Part shown: one piece after another, positions 18,290 through 22,348 of the stretch
Position numbering within the stretch: position 1 is the stretch's first letter
Layout: each line of letters opens with the position of its first letter
Assembly (NCBI GenBank): GCA_040752415.1
Contig: JBFMGU010000178.1
Location: 1-22,348 of the forward strand
Length of the DNA stretch: 22,348 nucleotides
Origin: Myxococcota bacterium
GTDB taxonomy: Bacteria > Myxococcota > JACRCW01
Reading direction: 5' to 3'
The notes under the pieces: generated by a model
What the model saw: the letters and a program-made list of their open reading frames with translations, nothing else
Told to the model about the DNA's origin: nothing
The model's database searches: none
Translations under genes and position numbers: made by a program

Positions 18290-19303
18290 TCACACCGTGG
18301 CGTGCACGCCCGACGCGGACCGCACGCCAAGCCCCGCCCGACGCTCGATGTAATCCACGAAGCGCACGAACGGGTCGAACCCGACGAGGCGCGGCGCGTC
18401 GGTGACGAAGTTGCTGAGCGAGTTGATGTCGTAGATGTAGATCTGACCGTCCCGCTCACTCTCCAGGTACTCCACCCCACCCACGTCGAGACCGCCCGCA
18501 CGCGTGGCGCGCAGCACGGCGTCCACCACCCAGTCCGGCGCCGTGGTGGCCTCGATCTTGCGCGCCTTCTTGCCGGCGGTGGGCGCAGCGCAGAACGCGA
18601 AGTCGTCGTCGCTCGTCGTCGGTGCGGGGGCGGGGACCTGGCAGATGTCGGCGGGGCAGAGGTTGAAGCCCTCGTCGGGGTCGTTGTGGATGCGGATGGC
18701 GTAGAGCTGGCGGTTGTCCAGCACCTCCACGCGCACAATCGAGCCGCCCTTGAGCGGGTGGTACTCCTGCACAATCGCCGTGGCGTCGACGCCGAGGATG
18801 CCGTTCAGCTCGCCGGCCGCATGCGCCGCACGCAATTCCTCGACGCTGCCAAACCGCCGCATCAGCGCGCCGCTCCCGCCAATGTTGGGCTTCACCATCA
18901 CCGGGAAGCTCAGCTGCAGCGCCGCCCCGACGATCTGGTCCACGTGATTCACCACCCGGCTGCGCGGGTGCGGAATGCCCAGCTTGGCAAGGAGGCTCAG
19001 CTGCAGGCTCTTGCTCAGCTCCAGCCCATACGCCGCCGTCCCATTCACCACCGGCACGCCCACGCTCTCAAGGTGACCCAGGTACTGCTGCGCCGCGAAG
19101 ATCGCGTGCCCGTGCCCCCGCAGGTACGACGACGGACTCATCCGGTTCACCACCACGCTGTATGGCGAGCTGCGCGCGGACGGGTCGAAGGAGAGCTCGT
19201 GCGCGAGGATCCGCTCGTAGGAGAGCCCACGTCGGTCCAGCTCAGCGAACAGGGGAATGAACCACTCGGGGTGTTCGTACAGGATGCCAATGGGCTTGCT
19301 CAT
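18290..19303 (-). CDS. RimK-like ATP-grasp ligase
   Basis: VVNRMSPSS, PVVNG, SKSLQ, FPVMVKPNIGGSG, IVQEY, GGVEYL, YIYDINSLSNF; GGAG RBS. Confidence 0.88.
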   Translation of the reverse strand: MSKPIGILYEHPEWFIPLFAELDRRGLSYERILAHELSFDPSARSSPYSVVVNRMSPSSYLRGHGHAIFAAQQYLGHLESVGVPVVNGTAAYGLELSKSLQLSLLAKLGIPHPRSRVVNHVDQIVGAALQLSFPVMVKPNIGGSGALMRRFGSVEELRAAHAAGELNGILGVDATAIVQEYHPLKGGSIVRVEVLDNRQLYAIRIHNDPDEGFNLCPADICQVPAPAPTTSDDDFAFCAAPTAGKKARKIEATTAPDWVVDAVLRATRAGGLDVGGVEYLESERDGQIYIYDINSLSNFVTDAPRLVGFDPFVRFVDYIERRAGLGVRSASGVHATV

Positions 19304-19581
19304 GGGTGACTCCGTTATAGCGGATCCGTCATGTTGACAGGGTGTCCGTAGCAGCGGAGGCCGCCAAGCTCAAGACGGAAATCGAGCGCCGAGTCAGTTG
19401 GAGTGGTGAATCCCGCTCTTGGGCTCTCCGTGCCCACGACCACGGAGGCCGGCGTATGCGGGGACGCGTCCTGACCACGGGTTCGCAAAGGCGTTGGTGA
19501 GGGCGTGACAACAGGGCCCGCGGCTGGCTTGCGGAGGCGATGGGGCCCACGTCGGCGGGGGGCACCTCCTCCCCGGCGGCT

Positions 19582-19623
19582 CTCTCACGATTATCGTGAC
19601 ATATGTCTCGATTATCGTGACAT
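19582..19623. repeat. Two tandem 21-bp near-palindromes
   Basis: CTCTCACGATTATCGTGACAT followed by ATGTCTCGATTATCGTGACAT; AT-rich island in GC-rich intergenic DNA. Confidence 0.85.
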
Positions 19624-19795
19624 GGCCGGCAACGCCCCATCCCCCTTGGCGTTCGAACCATGGGGCATGTTTCGCTTGCCTGCGCTCACACGCCAGGTCC
19701 GGCTGGCGCCGCGCTCCGTCCCGCCATCGTCGAGGCAGCGCGACGATTCCGCGAGCCCGCCGTCACCCCCTCCCAACGCCTTTCAGGCTCCGATG

Positions 19796-20272
19796 TCAGC
19801 GAGGATATCGACGGGAAGACGCCGTCACCGCAGTCGCGCGCGCCACGGCACGCGTGAGCACCACCAGCAGCTTCTCCGTCGTGGGAAGGGTTGCGGCTTC
19901 GCGCAGCGTGAAGAAGCGGGCGTCGGACACGTCGGAGCCGGCGCGCAGTGTGCCGCCCAGCTCGGTGCACACGTAGTCCATGACCACGAAGTGATGGCGC
20001 ACGCCGTCCGCGTCACGCTCCACGCGCTCGTACACGCAGGACAGTGGCCCCACGCGCACGCGCAGCCCGGTCTCCTCGAGGATCTCGCGCGCGGTGGCCT
20101 GCCGCAGCGTCTCTCCCAGCTCCACGCGACCGCCCGGCAACGACCACAGCCCCTTGGCAGGCTCTCGTGCGCGCTGGATGAGCAGCACCCGGTCTCCGCG
20201 CAGGATGATGCCGCCCACGCCCACCACGGGTTGTCGAGGTGGAGCCTTGCGTCCTGGTGCTGGTTTGCGCAT
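19796..20272 (-). CDS. Nudix hydrolase (ADP-ribose pyrophosphatase/YjhB-like, 158 aa)
   Basis: PVVGVGGII, VLLIQR, WSLPGGRVELGETLRQATAREILEETGL (intact Nudix box), AGSDVSDARF; the real portion of ORF 19796..21217. Confidence 0.9.
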   Translation of the reverse strand: MRKPAPGRKAPPRQPVVGVGGIILRGDRVLLIQRAREPAKGLWSLPGGRVELGETLRQATAREILEETGLRVRVGPLSCVYERVERDADGVRHHFVVMDYVCTELGGTLRAGSDVSDARFFTLREAATLPTTEKLLVVLTRAVARATAVTASSRRYPR

Positions 20273-20311
20273 ATGGCACCCGACGGGCCTGGAGTGCCCT
20301 TGGGAGCTACC

Positions 20312-20539
20312 ATGAAAGCCACCATCAAGTACTGCGGGGTTTGAAACTACCTCCCACGCGCCGCGGGTCTCGCGGCGGAGCTCAAGAAGGAATTCAACGC
20401 CGAGGTGGAGCTGGTTGAGGGCTCCGGCGGCGTGTTCGAGGTCACCGTCGACGGCAAGGAAGTGTTCAGCAAGCACAAGGTGAAGCGACACGCCAGCCCC
20501 GGTGAGGTGGTGGCGGCCATCCGCGCGCAGCAGCAATGA
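20312..20539 (+). CDS. SelW/SelT/SelH (Rdx family) selenoprotein, 75 aa, TGA at codon 11 read as Sec
   Basis: GGGAG RBS; translation MKATIKYCGV-U-NYLPRAAGLAAELKKEFNAEVELVEGSGGVFEVTVDGKEVFSKHKVKRHASPGEVVAAIRAQQQ; CxxU and GGVFEV/VFSK Rdx motifs. Confidence 0.93.
20351..20380 (+). promoter_or_regulatory. Bacterial SECIS-like hairpin
   Basis: Stem CGCCGCG (20359-20365), loop GGTCT, CGCGGCG (20371-20377), lower CTC/GAG pair; the loop starts 21 nt after the in-frame TGA. Confidence 0.75.
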
Positions 20540-20578
20540 CGGTTGACGGTTGGCATGCGGGCTGCTCCTTTGCGGGGC

Positions 20579-21256
20579 ATGTCCGTCGAGAAGCCAGCAA
20601 CGTTGCGGAAACACGTCGAGGCCGCGGGGTGGATGCACGTGGGGGCAGCCGCGATGTGGCTGGGGTTCACCGCCGCCGTGTTGGAGTGGACACGCTCCAT
20701 TCCCGCGGACGCTTGTGATTGCCAGTATCCTCCGTCGGGATTCGTTTTCGGGTTTGGCGGCACGTCGCTCGCGTTGGCCTCCATGGCGACGGCCTGGACC
20801 GCGGTGCTCCACTCCGCATGCGCGTGGCGTCGGGCTGTCTCTCCCATGGCACAGCTGCGCGACGCCACGCTGGCCCTGTTGATGGCTGTCCCGCTCCTGG
20901 GAGCGCCACGCCTGCGCCGGCTCGTCGCGGAGCTGGAGGAGGAGGTTGTCGACGAGCTGGCGTGGCGGTGGCGCGGCAGCTCCTTCGGCAACACCGCGAT
21001 GTGGACCGAGGTCATTGCCGTGGGCGTCATGGTCCTGGTCAGCGTGCTGGCGCACGGCGGGGACTCGGCGTTGGTGCAATGGGTCTACGCCACGTCGATG
21101 GTGCTGGGCGTGGGCGCGGTGCTGGTGATGCGCGCGTTGGTGCATCTGCGACTGGTGCCGTTGTTGCGCGCGCTGCAGCGACGACGGGATCCGCCCGTGG
21201 TGCGCGGGTCGCGTCATCTGCCCGTGGCCGGGGGTGGGGTCTACGAGGAGCTGTGA
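20579..21256 (+). CDS. Hypothetical membrane protein
   Basis: Four to five hydrophobic segments; fills the gap between the selenoprotein and the convergent gene; start uncertain (TTG 20543 possible). Confidence 0.55.
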   Translation: MSVEKPATLRKHVEAAGWMHVGAAAMWLGFTAAVLEWTRSIPADACDCQYPPSGFVFGFGGTSLALASMATAWTAVLHSACAWRRAVSPMAQLRDATLALLMAVPLLGAPRLRRLVAELEEEVVDELAWRWRGSSFGNTAMWTEVIAVGVMVLVSVLAHGGDSALVQWVYATSMVLGVGAVLVMRALVHLRLVPLLRALQRRRDPPVVRGSRHLPVAGGGVYEEL

Positions 21257-21257
21257 G

Positions 21258-22348
21258 TCAGATGCCGCCGCGCAGCGTCAGGTACGGCCCCACGAGGAGG
21301 TCGATGTTGCTGGCGCGGTCATAGAACCGGTTGCGCTTCGCCATGCCTTCCTGCGCCGTGTAGAAGACGGCGGAGTAGCGCAGCCAGGCGTGCAGACCCA
21401 GCTCGAACTGCACGAACATCGCCTCGAACAGGTAGCCGGCGCGCATGTCAAACCCGGTGAACGCGGGCGGCCGCGCGAATCCCCGACGCACCATGCGCGA
21501 CTTCCCGGTCTCCTGGTCCACCACCTCCACGTAGGTCTGCTCGAACGGCAGGCAGCGGTCGAGGCGGTTGGGTGAGCAGGTGCTGCGCGGCTTGAGGACC
21601 ATGGGGAACACAAAGCCCGCCCCAATGGCCGCCTCCGTCGCAATGGCGCCGAACTTCCCGCCCAGAGGACGGTAGAGCAGCCGCACGCCGGGGCGCATGG
21701 AGTGGTACCAGAGGTCGGAGAACGCCTCGACGTCATCCTTGGCGCCGCGCGGCCGGTCCACCTTGCCAAAGCCCACGAACTCCGTCGCGTAGCCAAGGAA
21801 GAGGTCCAGGTCCATGTCGGACGCGCCGTAGACGCGCCAGCCGGCCCACAGGTTCGCCATCATGACCGTGCCGGGCAGCGGCAGCAGCTCGCCGTTGAAG
21901 ACGCCCTCGGGCGCTTCCGGAGACGGCGGACCACCCGCGGGAGCGCCGCCGTTCGCAATTCCGCGCCGGGTGGCGTCCAGGCCCTCCCAGATCTGCAGCG
22001 GGCCGGTGAGGCTGTCGGAGATGCCAAAACCCACACCCTGCACGCGACCGCCCAGCACCAGGCCAAACGGCGAGCGATACGCGAAGTCCAGCGCCAGCCC
22101 CGCGGTGCCCGCGTCCAGGCGGTAGTTGCCAATGGGGTCGTTGAAGGCATTGCTGTTGAACCGCTCGTAGAAATAGCCGCCCACCACGCCCACCCCGACG
22201 TGGAGGCCACGACCCATGGGCCGGTCCAGGATGGCCGCAATGCCGGTCTTCTTCTCCTCCGGCTTGGCTTTCTCGTCGGGCTTCTTTTCCTCCGCGGCCG
22301 GTCTGGCTTCCGCGACGGGCGCGCCTTCCGTCGGTGGCGGCGTCCCCT
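21258..22348 (-). CDS. Hypothetical protein, probable outer-membrane beta-barrel; 5' end lies outside the window
   Basis: The frame stays open from 22217 to the window edge (P/E/K-rich linker); alternating amphipathic strands such as GLALDFAY, LWAGWRVY, FDMRAGY, FELGLHAWLRY, VGPYLTLRGGI. Confidence 0.7.
   Translation of the reverse strand, partial: GTPPPTEGAPVAEARPAAEEKKPDEKAKPEEKKTGIAAILDRPMGRGLHVGVGVVGGYFYERFNSNAFNDPIGNYRLDAGTAGLALDFAYRSPFGLVLGGRVQGVGFGISDSLTGPLQIWEGLDATRRGIANGGAPAGGPPSPEAPEGVFNGELLPLPGTVMMANLWAGWRVYGASDMDLDLFLGYATEFVGFGKVDRPRGAKDDVEAFSDLWYHSMRPGVRLLYRPLGGKFGAIATEAAIGAGFVFPMVLKPRSTCSPNRLDRCLPFEQTYVEVVDQETGKSRMVRRGFARPPAFTGFDMRAGYLFEAMFVQFELGLHAWLRYSAVFYTAQEGMAKRNRFYDRASNIDLLVGPYLTLRGGI

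Noticed and set aside
19582..19623. parS, matS, dif or a second NrtR site
   Set aside because: It does not match the parS, matS (3-bp spacer) or dif consensus, and it does not resemble the AGTGT-N7-ACACT operator at 10430
19329..19661. Small ORF with a CHDNRDICHDNR repeat as a RiPP precursor for the ATP-grasp enzyme
   Set aside because: The peptide repeat is simply the translation of the 21-bp DNA palindromes; there is no clear RBS or coding bias, and it lacks a graspetide-like core
19505..20344. 279-aa plus-strand ORF ending ...IKYCGV
   Set aside because: It is the antisense shadow of the Nudix gene; only its last 10 codons are real, as the start of the selenoprotein
20312..20539. Pseudogene with a premature stop
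   Set aside because: The TGA falls exactly at the redox position of CxxU, is followed by a SECIS-like stem, and the rest of the frame is intact
20536..20718. 60-aa ORF overlapping the selenoprotein stop (ATGA)
   Set aside because: It has no recognisable features and overlaps the longer membrane-protein frame; it cannot be supported
20273..21217. Long N-terminal extension of the Nudix ORF
   Set aside because: It is antisense to the selenoprotein and membrane genes and has low-complexity R/H/Q shadow composition

Overview
High-GC bacterial chromosomal window, probably Myxococcota (inferred from Cys-rich and DAG-linker lipoproteins). It has about 20 real genes and many GC shadow ORFs. In order: M23 endopeptidase and secreted GH3 NagZ; acpP-fabF; a 550-bp intergenic region holding a long inverted repeat (59 bp perfect, about 94 bp imperfect); a 2x[4Fe-4S] protein; a Cys-rich lipoprotein; a REC-GGDEF cyclase, a lipoprotein cyclophilin and a SLOG/LOG-like gene on the minus strand; an NAD-salvage operon pncB-pncA-nrtR with an NrtR operator over its promoter; an aldehyde dehydrogenase and a membrane protein; two methyltransferase-like genes; a beta-propeller lipoprotein; a RimK-like ATP-grasp ligase preceded by tandem 21-bp palindromes; a Nudix hydrolase; a membrane protein; and a truncated probable beta-barrel gene. 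The ORF track misses a 75-aa SelW/SelT/SelH (Rdx) selenoprotein at 20312-20539, which has a CxxU motif and a SECIS-like hairpin. No rRNA, tRNA, CRISPR array or transposase was seen.
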